A stretch of DNA of 64,000 bases from Eubacteriales bacterium (lineage in GTDB: Bacteria > Bacillota > Clostridia > Oscillospirales > CAG-382). Shown piece by piece: positions 44,782-53,405 of this stretch. How positions within the stretch are numbered: position 1 is the stretch's first letter; every line of letters begins with the position of its first letter. The notes under the pieces were generated by a model. It did not search any database. It was not told the DNA's origin and saw only the letters and a program-made list of their open reading frames with translations. The DNA lies in NCBI GenBank assembly GCA_045600105.1, contig JAZRXG010000049.1:304-64303 (forward strand), written 5' to 3'. Made by a program: the position numbers and the translations under genes.

Positions 44782-44868
44782 TGTGGATAACTATGTGGAT
44801 TATGTTGATAACTCCCGCGATTTTCAATAGTTTTCCACATACCGGGCGATTTTCCGGCGTGTGGATAA
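44782..44868. promoter_or_regulatory. cluster of five DnaA-box 9-mers
   Basis: TGTGGATAA (44782-44790, perfect), TGTGGATTA (44794-44802), TGTTGATAA (44803-44811), TTTTCCACA (44831-44839), TGTGGATAA (44860-44868, perfect). Compared with the TTATCCACA consensus: two perfect, three with one mismatch. Confidence 0.7.
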
Positions 44869-45026
44869 CCGATTTCATAATGTCCGGAAGCACGTTATTA
44901 TGTCAACACGGCGTTACCGGTCCGTTCTTTTTGAAGGATACGGAAGGTCGTCCGTATGAATAAACAACACGTTTTGACCCCTTAACGCGGTTTTGCGTTT
45001 GCCCCCTTACGAAAGGAAGCGATTAC

Positions 45027-45857
45027 ATGGATTTCGACGGAAACGAGCTCCCCGAGGAAATACCCGCGGAGCGTCCGCCGCAGAATAAAGTGACGAAAAT
45101 AATAAAAAAGGTCCTCAAATATACCTTCATAGCCATCGTGACGGCGGTCTGGGTCTTCATCCTGCTTTCGATATTCCTTCGCCGCGACGACGCGATACTC
45201 GAAACTCCCATCCTTTCCGAAAGCGCGAGGAACGCTTTCAAGGAAGACAAAAAAGGCTTCACGACCTACGAAGTCCACACCAAGGAGCACATGAACTACG
45301 ACGGCACGTTCCAGCTCGCCGGAAACGTCTACGCCGAAAAGGCGAACGAGCTTGAGGTGGGGCTGAGGATAGCGTGGACGCAGCTGAGGTACTGCGAGGA
45401 ATGCGGCAGGCTTTACACCACCGAGCAGCTCGACAGTCAGAAGGCTGACGACAAGCCCGATAAAGGCATACTCGCGAGCTGCGAAGCCAAAGGTCACCAT
45501 GTCGTGAGGGCTCCCGAGTCCGACAGAGGCATCGTGTGGACGCTCACCGACTCAGACGGAAACGTCTATGAAAAGGTGAACGAAAAAGGAAAGACCAAGA
45601 ACCTCAATTTCGGTTTCTTCAAGATCAGGTACGAATATATCCGCAGCTGCTTCGGCAAGGTATATTTTGACATCGAGAACAATATAATCAATACGGTAGG
45701 CAAAGAAGTCACAGATCAAGGCAAAGGTACCCTTTACTATTTCCGCATATACGACGAGGTTACCGGCGACACGCTGTTTTCAACGTGTCTGTACGATAAC
45801 CAGACCTATATCGAGGAGTTCGAGTACGAGCTTCCCGACAAGGACTATATCAGTTGA
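45027..45857 (+). CDS. hypothetical single-pass membrane protein
   Basis: 276 aa ORF with one TM helix (YTFIAIVTAVWVFILLSIF) and a CxxC..C motif (YCEECG). No family recognised. Confidence 0.65.
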   Translation: MDFDGNELPEEIPAERPPQNKVTKIIKKVLKYTFIAIVTAVWVFILLSIFLRRDDAILETPILSESARNAFKEDKKGFTTYEVHTKEHMNYDGTFQLAGNVYAEKANELEVGLRIAWTQLRYCEECGRLYTTEQLDSQKADDKPDKGILASCEAKGHHVVRAPESDRGIVWTLTDSDGNVYEKVNEKGKTKNLNFGFFKIRYEYIRSCFGKVYFDIENNIINTVGKEVTDQGKGTLYYFRIYDEVTGDTLFSTCLYDNQTYIEEFEYELPDKDYIS

Positions 45858-45878
45858 ATTCTGAAAGGACGCGCCAAA

Positions 45879-46811
45879 ATGACTTATAACATTTTTCAAA
45901 AAATGATGTACGTGATACTCGCCGTCACGGTAGCGTGCGCGGTAGGTGTCGCCAACTACATCTATCTGCCCTCGGATTCCCGTATGCCGAATACGAAGAA
46001 GACCGCCGCTTTTCTCGACAGGTACTATGAAACGAACGAGAAGGTGCTGAAGGAGCTCTTCCCTTACGAAGAACCCCAGTACACCCTCGAGGTCCCGTAC
46101 AATATGTCGTACACGACCGCCGAGTTCCAGCAGTTCGTCGGTACCTATCTCACCAAGACCGACGAAAAGAGAGCCACGAGCTACATGAAGAACATCTGCT
46201 TCTGCGGCGACTCGCTCAGCTGGCACATGACCTGGGCGGGAAACAAGCCTCTTGAGAATTACGACGTCGTGGGTATGATGGGTCTTTCGGTCGGCGACTA
46301 CGCGACGTGGCTCGACCCTCAGAATCACTATTCGAGCTATAACCACTCCGACGATACGTCCAAGACCACGCTTTACTGGATCAAGAAGCTTCAGCCGCGC
46401 ATGATATACATAATGCTCGGCACGAACGGCGTCAACTATTACGACAACGACACCCATATAAGACTTTACAACGAGCTTCTCAACAAGATCACCGCCGCTT
46501 CCCCCAACTCCATAGTCGTCATCTGCGCGGTTTCTCCGTGGAACAAGCTCTGCGGCGAATCGATCTCGACCGTGTCGGCTCTCAACAACAAGATCGACCA
46601 CTTCAACATGATGCTCCTTGAGCTCGCGAAGAAGAGGGGACATTATTTCCTCAACGTCGCCGAGGATCTTCAGGCCCGCAAGACGAGCGGAAACGAGATC
46701 GCGGGACATCTCAAATACGACTTTACCGTAGGCGACGGTTACCACTGGAGCGATGCGGCGAGAAGCGCATACATCAATTACGTTCTCACTCATCCCGTCC
46801 CCGGTTTTTGA
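45879..46811 (+). CDS. membrane-anchored SGNH/GDSL family hydrolase
   Basis: Block I FCGDSLS, block III GTNG, block V DGYHW; N-terminal TM anchor. Confidence 0.8.
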   Translation: MTYNIFQKMMYVILAVTVACAVGVANYIYLPSDSRMPNTKKTAAFLDRYYETNEKVLKELFPYEEPQYTLEVPYNMSYTTAEFQQFVGTYLTKTDEKRATSYMKNICFCGDSLSWHMTWAGNKPLENYDVVGMMGLSVGDYATWLDPQNHYSSYNHSDDTSKTTLYWIKKLQPRMIYIMLGTNGVNYYDNDTHIRLYNELLNKITAASPNSIVVICAVSPWNKLCGESISTVSALNNKIDHFNMMLLELAKKRGHYFLNVAEDLQARKTSGNEIAGHLKYDFTVGDGYHWSDAARSAYINYVLTHPVPGF

Positions 46812-46859
46812 TAAACAGTCAGATGCCGTCCGATAAACGGACGGCATAATTGATATTAT

Positions 46860-47813
46860 ATGAAGGAAGACGCAAAAATGGATAATACTAAAGAAAAAGG
46901 AAACGAAATTTTCAGGATAAAGAAAAGCAGGAATCTGACGCCGCTGCTCGCGTTTTTCGCGCTGCTTCTGGCGTGTGCCTCGGGATATCTCCTTTATCTG
47001 TACTTCACGCTCGACCTCAAAATGCCGTTCGAGATACTCTTCCTCGTGGTAGGCGGCGTCGGCGCGGTATATTTCACCGTGTGTTTCTTCAATCTCCTTT
47101 ATCAGGTGATCTCTCCCAAGAACGCGCTGCTCATTTCGGAAGACGGTTTTCTTGACCTCATCAACGGCGACGCGGGCGCGGGATTCGTGAGCTGGACGAA
47201 CGTCAGCAGAGTGGAAATGCTCGGAGACGACAAGCCCTATATCGGCATCGGTCTGCTTTCGGTGTCTAATCTTGAAGAAAGTCCCACTAAAAAACTCACG
47301 TCACAGATGGAAGAAAGAGCATCGAAAGGGCTTCCCGAGCTCGTCATCCGTCCGTTTGAGATCGCGTGCGGTCTTGAAGAAGCGTTTTCGGCGCTGCGCG
47401 ATTTCCGCAACAGATATTACAGCCACCTCGACGCGGGCGACACCAACGTATTCGATGCCCGCAAGATACCCGGTCTTGAATCGCTGAACGAATTCGACGG
47501 TCTGTTCAAAGAAAAGGAAAATGAAAACGACGAAGATATCGAAAGCGGCGAAAAAAGCGGCGGCATTGCCGGCGCGATAGGGACCGACGAGGATACGCCC
47601 CTTGCCGACGACGACATAAAGATCGCCGAAAGCACCGACGTCGATGTTCCCGCCGAGAAAACCGACGACACCAAAAAATCGATAGACGAGCTGCTTGCCG
47701 AGCTTTCGGAAACCATAGGCAAAAAACGTGAGGAAACGTCTGAAAGCAGCACCGACAAAGCGGTGAACGACGGCATCGAGGAGCTTATAAAGCTTTTGAA
47801 AGAGAAAAAATGA
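46860..47813 (+). CDS. membrane protein with a PH-like domain and an acidic disordered tail (STM3941-like, tentative)
   Basis: Two TM helices, then ALLISEDGFLDL...WTNVSRVE (bacterial PH-like pattern), then a D/E-rich C-terminus. An alternative start is the in-frame ATG at 46878. Confidence 0.65.
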   Translation: MKEDAKMDNTKEKGNEIFRIKKSRNLTPLLAFFALLLACASGYLLYLYFTLDLKMPFEILFLVVGGVGAVYFTVCFFNLLYQVISPKNALLISEDGFLDLINGDAGAGFVSWTNVSRVEMLGDDKPYIGIGLLSVSNLEESPTKKLTSQMEERASKGLPELVIRPFEIACGLEEAFSALRDFRNRYYSHLDAGDTNVFDARKIPGLESLNEFDGLFKEKENENDEDIESGEKSGGIAGAIGTDEDTPLADDDIKIAESTDVDVPAEKTDDTKKSIDELLAELSETIGKKREETSESSTDKAVNDGIEELIKLLKEKK

Positions 47814-48565
47814 AAAGAATAACGGGAACATTCCTTGCCTTTTCCCTTCTCGTTCTTATGTTTTCCTGCGGTGAAAACGAAAACGTGTCAGGCGTTCCAA
47901 GCGTTCCGACCGTGTCGGAAATATCGGTCCCGTCTGTTTCCGAAGAGATATCGGAGGAATTTTCCGCCGACTTTTCTGCCGAAGAAACGAGCGATGTATC
48001 CGAAGAAACGTCTTTTTACGACGACCCGACATTACCCGTTTACGGAAAATACGGAAAAAAATATTTTGAACTGATCGATGGCGGAACGTATTGCCGCAGA
48101 ACGGTCGAGAGCCGCACCATCGGCGGCGAAGCCGTGCCTTACACGGTCACGGTGTACCGCAGTCCGGAAGCAGTCAACGTCGTGATCGAGGAAAGCTACG
48201 GAATGAAAACGACGTATATCATCCGCGACGGCAGGCTGATAACTCTCGACGGGTTTCAAAAGAAAGCGTATATCACCGAATACGACGGCACGGTATACGA
48301 AAAGCCGCTCTGGAACGGCGTGATAAAGCTGAAAAGCGAAGGAACGCAGACTCTGTTCCAGCGCAATTATCAGTACGAAACGTACAGAGATTCCGACGGA
48401 TTCGAGTTCACGGTGTTTTATTCCGAAGGCGTTCCCGAAAGATACCGCAGCTTCGACAAGGACAAGCTCGACACCATCGTGATAGATTTCACGGTAAGTG
48501 ACGATATGTCGGGAGCCGTGTTCGACATTCCCGAAAATTACAGTATCGCAGACTATACGAAATAA
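47810..48565 (+). CDS. putative lipoprotein of unknown function
   Basis: Signal peptide plus lipobox (LMFSCGEN) followed by a Ser/Glu-rich linker; 4-nt overlap with the preceding gene. Confidence 0.7.
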   Translation: MKRITGTFLAFSLLVLMFSCGENENVSGVPSVPTVSEISVPSVSEEISEEFSADFSAEETSDVSEETSFYDDPTLPVYGKYGKKYFELIDGGTYCRRTVESRTIGGEAVPYTVTVYRSPEAVNVVIEESYGMKTTYIIRDGRLITLDGFQKKAYITEYDGTVYEKPLWNGVIKLKSEGTQTLFQRNYQYETYRDSDGFEFTVFYSEGVPERYRSFDKDKLDTIVIDFTVSDDMSGAVFDIPENYSIADYTK

Positions 48566-48584
48566 GCCTGTTTTAAGGACAGTT

Positions 48585-49277
48585 ATGAAAAATAAGTTCA
48601 AAAAACTCATTGATTTTGTCATTGATTTTCTCAAAGCGCGTCCGTACAGCGCCATCCTGCTTTTCTGGATACTTGAATGGATATGGTACGGGATCCTCAA
48701 TCACCTGCAGACCGCCGAGACGAGCCACATAATGCATACCGCTCTCGACGACAGTATACCGTTCTGCGAATGGTTCATAATCCCCTACTGGATGTGGTAT
48801 TTCTACATAGCGGGCGCTACCCTCTACACGCTTTACAAATCCAAAAAAGATTTTCTGCGCACGGTAACGATGATATACCTCGGTATGTTCGGCAGCATGA
48901 TGATCTGCACGTTCTACCCGAGCTGGCATCTGCTCCGGCCCGAGACGATGCCCGACAACATCCTGTCGTGGTGGGTGCAGTTCACCTACACGCTTGACAA
49001 CCCCGCCGTCATATTCCCGTCCATGCACGTTCTCGTGGCGTTCCTCATAACGATCTCGCTGACTTTCGCCGACTGCATGAAGGGCAAAACGCGGACGAAA
49101 GTGCTGTGCTGGATATACGCGGTCGTCGTTTCGGCATCCACCGTGTTCGTAAAACAGCACTCGATAAAAGACGTATGGTTCGCGCTCGTATTCATCATCC
49201 CCTACACGCTGCTGACCTACTTCGTGATATGGCCCGCAAAGAGATTCAAAAAAGAAGATCAGGCAATTACCAAATAA
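48585..49277 (+). CDS. PAP2 superfamily membrane phosphatase/phosphotransferase-like protein
   Basis: Polytopic, with FPSMHV and KQHSIKDV (PAP2 motifs C2/C3). Start set to ATG 48585, because the longer ORF-track start overlaps the previous gene. Confidence 0.7.
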   Translation: MKNKFKKLIDFVIDFLKARPYSAILLFWILEWIWYGILNHLQTAETSHIMHTALDDSIPFCEWFIIPYWMWYFYIAGATLYTLYKSKKDFLRTVTMIYLGMFGSMMICTFYPSWHLLRPETMPDNILSWWVQFTYTLDNPAVIFPSMHVLVAFLITISLTFADCMKGKTRTKVLCWIYAVVVSASTVFVKQHSIKDVWFALVFIIPYTLLTYFVIWPAKRFKKEDQAITK

Positions 49278-49407
49278 AGCAAAAGAGAGGCTCGTCCTCT
49301 CTTTTTTGATAAAAAATATGATAAAAACGAAAAATTTTCCGTTTTCATGTCCGTTTTTCGCGATGTGAAACGTATTATAAGCAGAAGACCGAAAGGAAGT
49401 GAATGCC

Positions 49408-49941
49408 GTGAACAAGCTGATATGCGAAAAAAGGTGCAAAGCCGCGCTTGAAGGTATAGCGTCGGGCGACAAAACGAAGCTCACCGTCATATACGACTGT
49501 CTCGGACGTCAGATATTCACGCTTTCACTGTCCATCCTCGGGTCGGCAAGCGACGCGGAAGACGCGATGCAGGATACCTTTCTTAAAGTGCTTAGTCACA
49601 TCGACACCTACCGCAAAGACGGCAGCGCAGCGTCGTGGGTGCTTTCCATCGCACGGAATTCATCACTCGACATCATGAGAAAAAGAAGGTACGATCTTGA
49701 CGTAGACGAGCTTCCCGTTTCGGACGAACCGTCGTACACCGACGGAGGACCCGACGTGAGCGACATGCTCGCGTGTCTTGACGAAGCCGACAGAGAGATA
49801 GTGACACTCAAAACAGTCTCGGGGATGAAGTACAGGGAAATCGCATCCGTCACGGGGCTCTCGGTCTCCGCTGTCCAGAAACGCCATCAGCGCGCTCTGG
49901 AAAAACTTCGCGAATACAACAGAAAGGAAAACAGAAAATGA
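49408..49941 (+). CDS. ECF-type RNA polymerase sigma-70 family factor
   Basis: Region 2 (DAEDAMQDTFLKV) and region 4 HTH (MKYREIASVTGLSVSAVQKRHQRALEKL). GTG 49408 is 8 nt from AAAGGAAG; the ORF-track start is GTG 49399. Confidence 0.8.
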   Translation: MNKLICEKRCKAALEGIASGDKTKLTVIYDCLGRQIFTLSLSILGSASDAEDAMQDTFLKVLSHIDTYRKDGSAASWVLSIARNSSLDIMRKRRYDLDVDELPVSDEPSYTDGGPDVSDMLACLDEADREIVTLKTVSGMKYREIASVTGLSVSAVQKRHQRALEKLREYNRKENRK

Positions 49942-51656
49942 AAGCAGAAAAGCAAATAAAAAAGTATCTGAAATCCGTTCCGCTTCCTTCTCAGAACAGC
50001 GTGCTGCCCGACGAAGCGTTTGAAGTCAAAGAGATCGCGCGCCCCGCAAAGAAAAGCAGCGTGAGCAGACGCGTCGTCAACGGAATCGCCTACGCGGCGG
50101 TCGCTCTCACCCTCACGGCGGTCATCGCAGCCGCCATCTTCATTCCGTCCGTGACGACCAACACGGTCACGCCCGGTGACGGGACGGATGGATCCAAAGA
50201 AGCGGTGGCGGAAAAAAGCGGATCGGAAAGCACCCCTGCCTGGAGCTGCTGGCTTCGAAAGACCGGCGAGGAAACGGTCGACGGACTCACCTATAACTTC
50301 GACAAGCTCGACTCCGGCATCCTCAATATGACTGCCAACGAAAACGGCAAGCGTTACGTACAGGTCTTCCGTTTCAACAGCGACGATGAGATAATCGGAA
50401 ACAACGAATTCCACACCGATAAAGAACTTTCGGCGCTGTCTTTTGACGAAAAAGTCGCGGCGATCGTTCCGGCTTTCTGGCAGTACAACGTGGTCTCGGC
50501 AGACGACACAAAAAGGCTCTGCATAATCGACCCGCTTGCGGGATATGATATTCCCGCGGAAGCCGAAAAGTATTTGTCAGAATACTCCGCGCCTCCTGTC
50601 GTGACCGAACAGAACGAGGACATTTACCTTGACGGCATACCCGCTTCGTTTTCGACAATGCTCGCCCTGCTTGAAGCGTACGGTATCGACGACGCCGACT
50701 ACGTGGGCGCGTACGAATACGCTCCGCTTTTAGGAAGCCATCCCGAAAACGGCACGCGCTGGCTTGGCTACTTTATGATCTACGCCGACGAAGACCTCGT
50801 GAAGACTCTGCTCGCGGACGGCCGTCTCGTCGCAAGACTCGATCCCCTTCCCAAACCGGCGTCACAGATCGGCTATCTCTATACACCGGCGGAAGAAATC
50901 AAATTTGCCGAAAAGGATCCGCCGGCAGACGATATCGATTCCCTTAAAAGCAAGATAGCACACGATTATTACGGTTTCTTAGGCGACTGCAAGCTCCTTT
51001 ATCCGATCGTCGAAGAAGACGGCATTTACGTGCAGAAATATTTCGGCACATTCAACGGAAGCTCCATCGTATTCATGGGCGGCGACTGGCTGGCTGTCAC
51101 CGAGGCTTACCGCGACGTGACTCTCGGAGAACACACCATTACCTTCCCCGACGGGCAGATATGCTGGGTATACAACGACGGCAATTTCCGCAGACTTGAG
51201 GAAGCATACGAAATCGGCCTTATCACCGACGCCGACGTCGAGGTATTCGGTCCCGAGGTCGGGATCGCGTTCGACGGTGTTGAAAAATACGCCGATCAAC
51301 AACTCGTTCCCAAGCATCCGCTTGACACCGAGGATATAGACAAAGCTCTCGCGTCCGATATAAAATACTACTATCGCGAAGCGTTCCGCAGTTCGTGCGA
51401 TATTACGACCATGTATATCCCCGTATATTATGAGACGGAACAAGGTGATTCGGTCGTTCTTGTCTGCGGTGAAGATTGGGTGCACGATGATGTGTTCATA
51501 ACACAACATCTCTGTGGGCATGATCTTTATTTCCCTAACGGCTACGTTCCGGATTTTTACTGCGGCGGTTCGTTTATGAGTCTTAAAGAAGCATACGACA
51601 AGGGACTTCTTACCGAAAACGACTTTGCGAATCTCGAAATGATTTTCCACGAATAA
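49938..51656 (+). CDS. single-pass membrane protein coupled to the ECF sigma factor (putative anti-sigma/sensor) with an internally duplicated extracytoplasmic domain
   Basis: 4-nt overlap with the sigma gene. TM helix at about aa 50-70. Two repeats of about 100 aa (nt 50929-51250 and 51331-51645). Confidence 0.7.
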   Translation: MKAEKQIKKYLKSVPLPSQNSVLPDEAFEVKEIARPAKKSSVSRRVVNGIAYAAVALTLTAVIAAAIFIPSVTTNTVTPGDGTDGSKEAVAEKSGSESTPAWSCWLRKTGEETVDGLTYNFDKLDSGILNMTANENGKRYVQVFRFNSDDEIIGNNEFHTDKELSALSFDEKVAAIVPAFWQYNVVSADDTKRLCIIDPLAGYDIPAEAEKYLSEYSAPPVVTEQNEDIYLDGIPASFSTMLALLEAYGIDDADYVGAYEYAPLLGSHPENGTRWLGYFMIYADEDLVKTLLADGRLVARLDPLPKPASQIGYLYTPAEEIKFAEKDPPADDIDSLKSKIAHDYYGFLGDCKLLYPIVEEDGIYVQKYFGTFNGSSIVFMGGDWLAVTEAYRDVTLGEHTITFPDGQICWVYNDGNFRRLEEAYEIGLITDADVEVFGPEVGIAFDGVEKYADQQLVPKHPLDTEDIDKALASDIKYYYREAFRSSCDITTMYIPVYYETEQGDSVVLVCGEDWVHDDVFITQHLCGHDLYFPNGYVPDFYCGGSFMSLKEAYDKGLLTENDFANLEMIFHE

Positions 51657-51663
51657 TAACAGC

Positions 51664-51697
51664 AACCCGGGTCTGCGCAGCGCAGACCCGGGTTTTT
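51664..51697 (+). terminator. strong intrinsic terminator
   Basis: 14 bp perfect stem AACCCGGGTCTGCG/CGCAGACCCGGGTT, a 3 nt loop, then TTTTT. Confidence 0.9.
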
Positions 51698-51785
51698 AAT
51701 GGCAAATTGAAAATTGATGAAGATTTCCGCGCGAAAAGCGCGGAAAGTCGACCTTAACGCAAGCGATATTCCACAGCCCTAAAGA

Positions 51786-51981
51786 TTATTTCATCATTCG
51801 TTTACGGGACGTCGAGGACGCCGTCCCCTACAAGGCACGAATTCTGCCGTCATTATCTCTGTAAACCGAAGCTGTCAGACAGAAGGCTCCACTTGGTAAG
51901 GGGAGCTGGCGCCGACAGGCGACTGAGAGGTTTGTAGATGAAGGCAAAAGCCAAAACGAAGGTTCGCGGATGATGAAATAT
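51786..51981. other. structured intergenic element closed by 14 bp inverted repeats (ncRNA or MITE-like candidate)
   Basis: 51787-51800 (TATTTCATCATTCG) pairs with 51967-51980 (CGGATGATGAAATA; 13 Watson-Crick pairs plus one G-T). Internal GC-rich hairpins such as GGGACG..CGTCCC (51806-51827). Lies between convergent genes. Confidence 0.35.
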
Positions 51982-51982
51982 C

Positions 51983-52020
51983 AAATTAAAAGGATTTCCG
52001 CAAAAAAGCGGAAATCCTTT
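51983..52020 (-). terminator. intrinsic terminator of pepT
   Basis: 13 bp stem AAAGGATTTCCGC/GCGGAAATCCTTT followed by a T-rich tract on the minus strand. Confidence 0.8.
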
Positions 52021-52044
52021 CCTATTCGCTTAAGGCTTGATGCT

Positions 52045-53253
52045 TTATTTTACAACGCACATTTCGAAAATGATGTCCGACACCTTTTCGAGTCTTTCGA
52101 CGGTGACGAATTCGTATTTGCCGTGGAAGTTCTCGCCGCCGGTGCAGATATTCGGGCAAAGGAGCCCCATGTACGAAAGTCTCGCGCCGTCCGTGCCGCC
52201 TCTGATGGGGACGATGATGGGCTCGACGTCAACGGCTTTCATCGCGTCGATGATGCGCTCGACGATGAAATACGACGGCTCGATGAGCTCGCGCATATTA
52301 TAATAGCTGTCGCGCAGCGTGAGAGCGACGATGTTTCTGCCGTACTTTTCGTTGATGAAATCGCAGGCGGCCTGCATCTGCTTTTTCTTTGCTTCGAACA
52401 GAGCCTTGTCGTGGTCGCGGATGATGTACTTCATCTTCGCGGATTCAACTCCGCCCTCAATGTTGTTGAGGTGGAAAAATCCTTCGCGCTTTTCGGTGTG
52501 TTCGGGACGCTGCCACGCCGGAAGCAGCGAGTTGAGCTCGAACGCGATCTGGCAGGCGTTTATCATCTTGTCCTTGGCGCTGCCCGGATGGATGGAGCTG
52601 CCCGAAATGGTGATGGAAGCCGAAGCAGCGTTGAAGTTTTCGTATTCTATTTCGCCGAGCATACCGCCGTCAACGGTGTACGCGTAGTCGGCGCCGAAGT
52701 TTTCGACGTCGAACAGGTCGGCGCCTCTGCCTATCTCCTCGTCGGGAGTGAAGCCGATGAGGATGTCGCCGTGCTCTTTGCCCGATTCCTTGAGACGGAT
52801 GACGGCGTCCATTATCTCGGCGACGCCCGCTTTGTCGTCGGCTCCGAGGAGGGTCGTGCCGTCGGTGGTTATCATCGTTTCGCCGACGTAGTTCGCAAGG
52901 TTCGGGTAATCGGCAGCGGTCATTTTTATGCCGAGCTCTTCATTCAGCGTGATATCTCCGCCTTCATAAACGAATACCTTGGGGTTTATATTTTTGTCGG
53001 ACATATCGGGAGACGTGTCGACGTGAGCGATAAAGCCTATCTTCGGGCATTTTTTGTCGGTATTGGCGGGCAGCTTTGCGTAGACGTAGCCGCGTCCGTC
53101 GCTTCTGACATCGGAAAGTCCCGCTTCCTTCAGCTGCTTTTCGAGCAGTTCGGTGACGTCAAGCTGCTTTGAAGTGGAAGGAGCCGACTCGGAGTATTCA
53201 TCGGAATTGCTTGAAATACGGGCGTATTCGAGGAATCTGTCTTTTATGTTCAT
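52045..53253 (-). CDS. pepT: peptidase T (M20B tripeptide aminopeptidase)
   Basis: HVDTSPD, GADDKAG and PDEEIG motifs. Start set to ATG 53253 (MNIKDRFLEYARI), preceded by AAAGGAAAA. Confidence 0.9.
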   Translation of the reverse strand: MNIKDRFLEYARISSNSDEYSESAPSTSKQLDVTELLEKQLKEAGLSDVRSDGRGYVYAKLPANTDKKCPKIGFIAHVDTSPDMSDKNINPKVFVYEGGDITLNEELGIKMTAADYPNLANYVGETMITTDGTTLLGADDKAGVAEIMDAVIRLKESGKEHGDILIGFTPDEEIGRGADLFDVENFGADYAYTVDGGMLGEIEYENFNAASASITISGSSIHPGSAKDKMINACQIAFELNSLLPAWQRPEHTEKREGFFHLNNIEGGVESAKMKYIIRDHDKALFEAKKKQMQAACDFINEKYGRNIVALTLRDSYYNMRELIEPSYFIVERIIDAMKAVDVEPIIVPIRGGTDGARLSYMGLLCPNICTGGENFHGKYEFVTVERLEKVSDIIFEMCVVK

Positions 53254-53405
53254 TTTCTTTTTTCCTTTCGTTATACTTGATTCGTTTGCCGTGACTTCAT
53301 TATAAACGTCTTTCAATCATTTTGCAAGATTTTTTCGCTTTTGCTTGCATTTTTTGTAAAAATAAAGTATAATGCAGAAGAACTAAAAACAACGGAGGTT
53401 TTATC

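Noticed and set aside
44781-44963. 60 aa ORF MWITMWIMLITP...GVWITDF
   Set aside because: The repeated WIT tripeptides are just the translation of TGGATAAC DnaA-box cores. There is no RBS. It is a by-product of the DnaA-box cluster.
44722-45026. Interpretation of the DnaA-box cluster as the chromosomal origin (oriC)
   Set aside because: No dnaA, dnaN or rpmH is in the window. No obvious AT-rich 13-mer or DUE-like tract lies next to the boxes, and the flanking genes are not the canonical origin neighbours. It is kept as a non-origin DnaA-box cluster pending a genome-wide check.
51955-51985. tRNA-like GGTTCGCGG motif suggesting a tRNA T-arm
   Set aside because: No acceptor stem, anticodon arm or full GGTTCGAATCC-type T-loop can be drawn around it. 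The segment instead pairs with 51787-51800.
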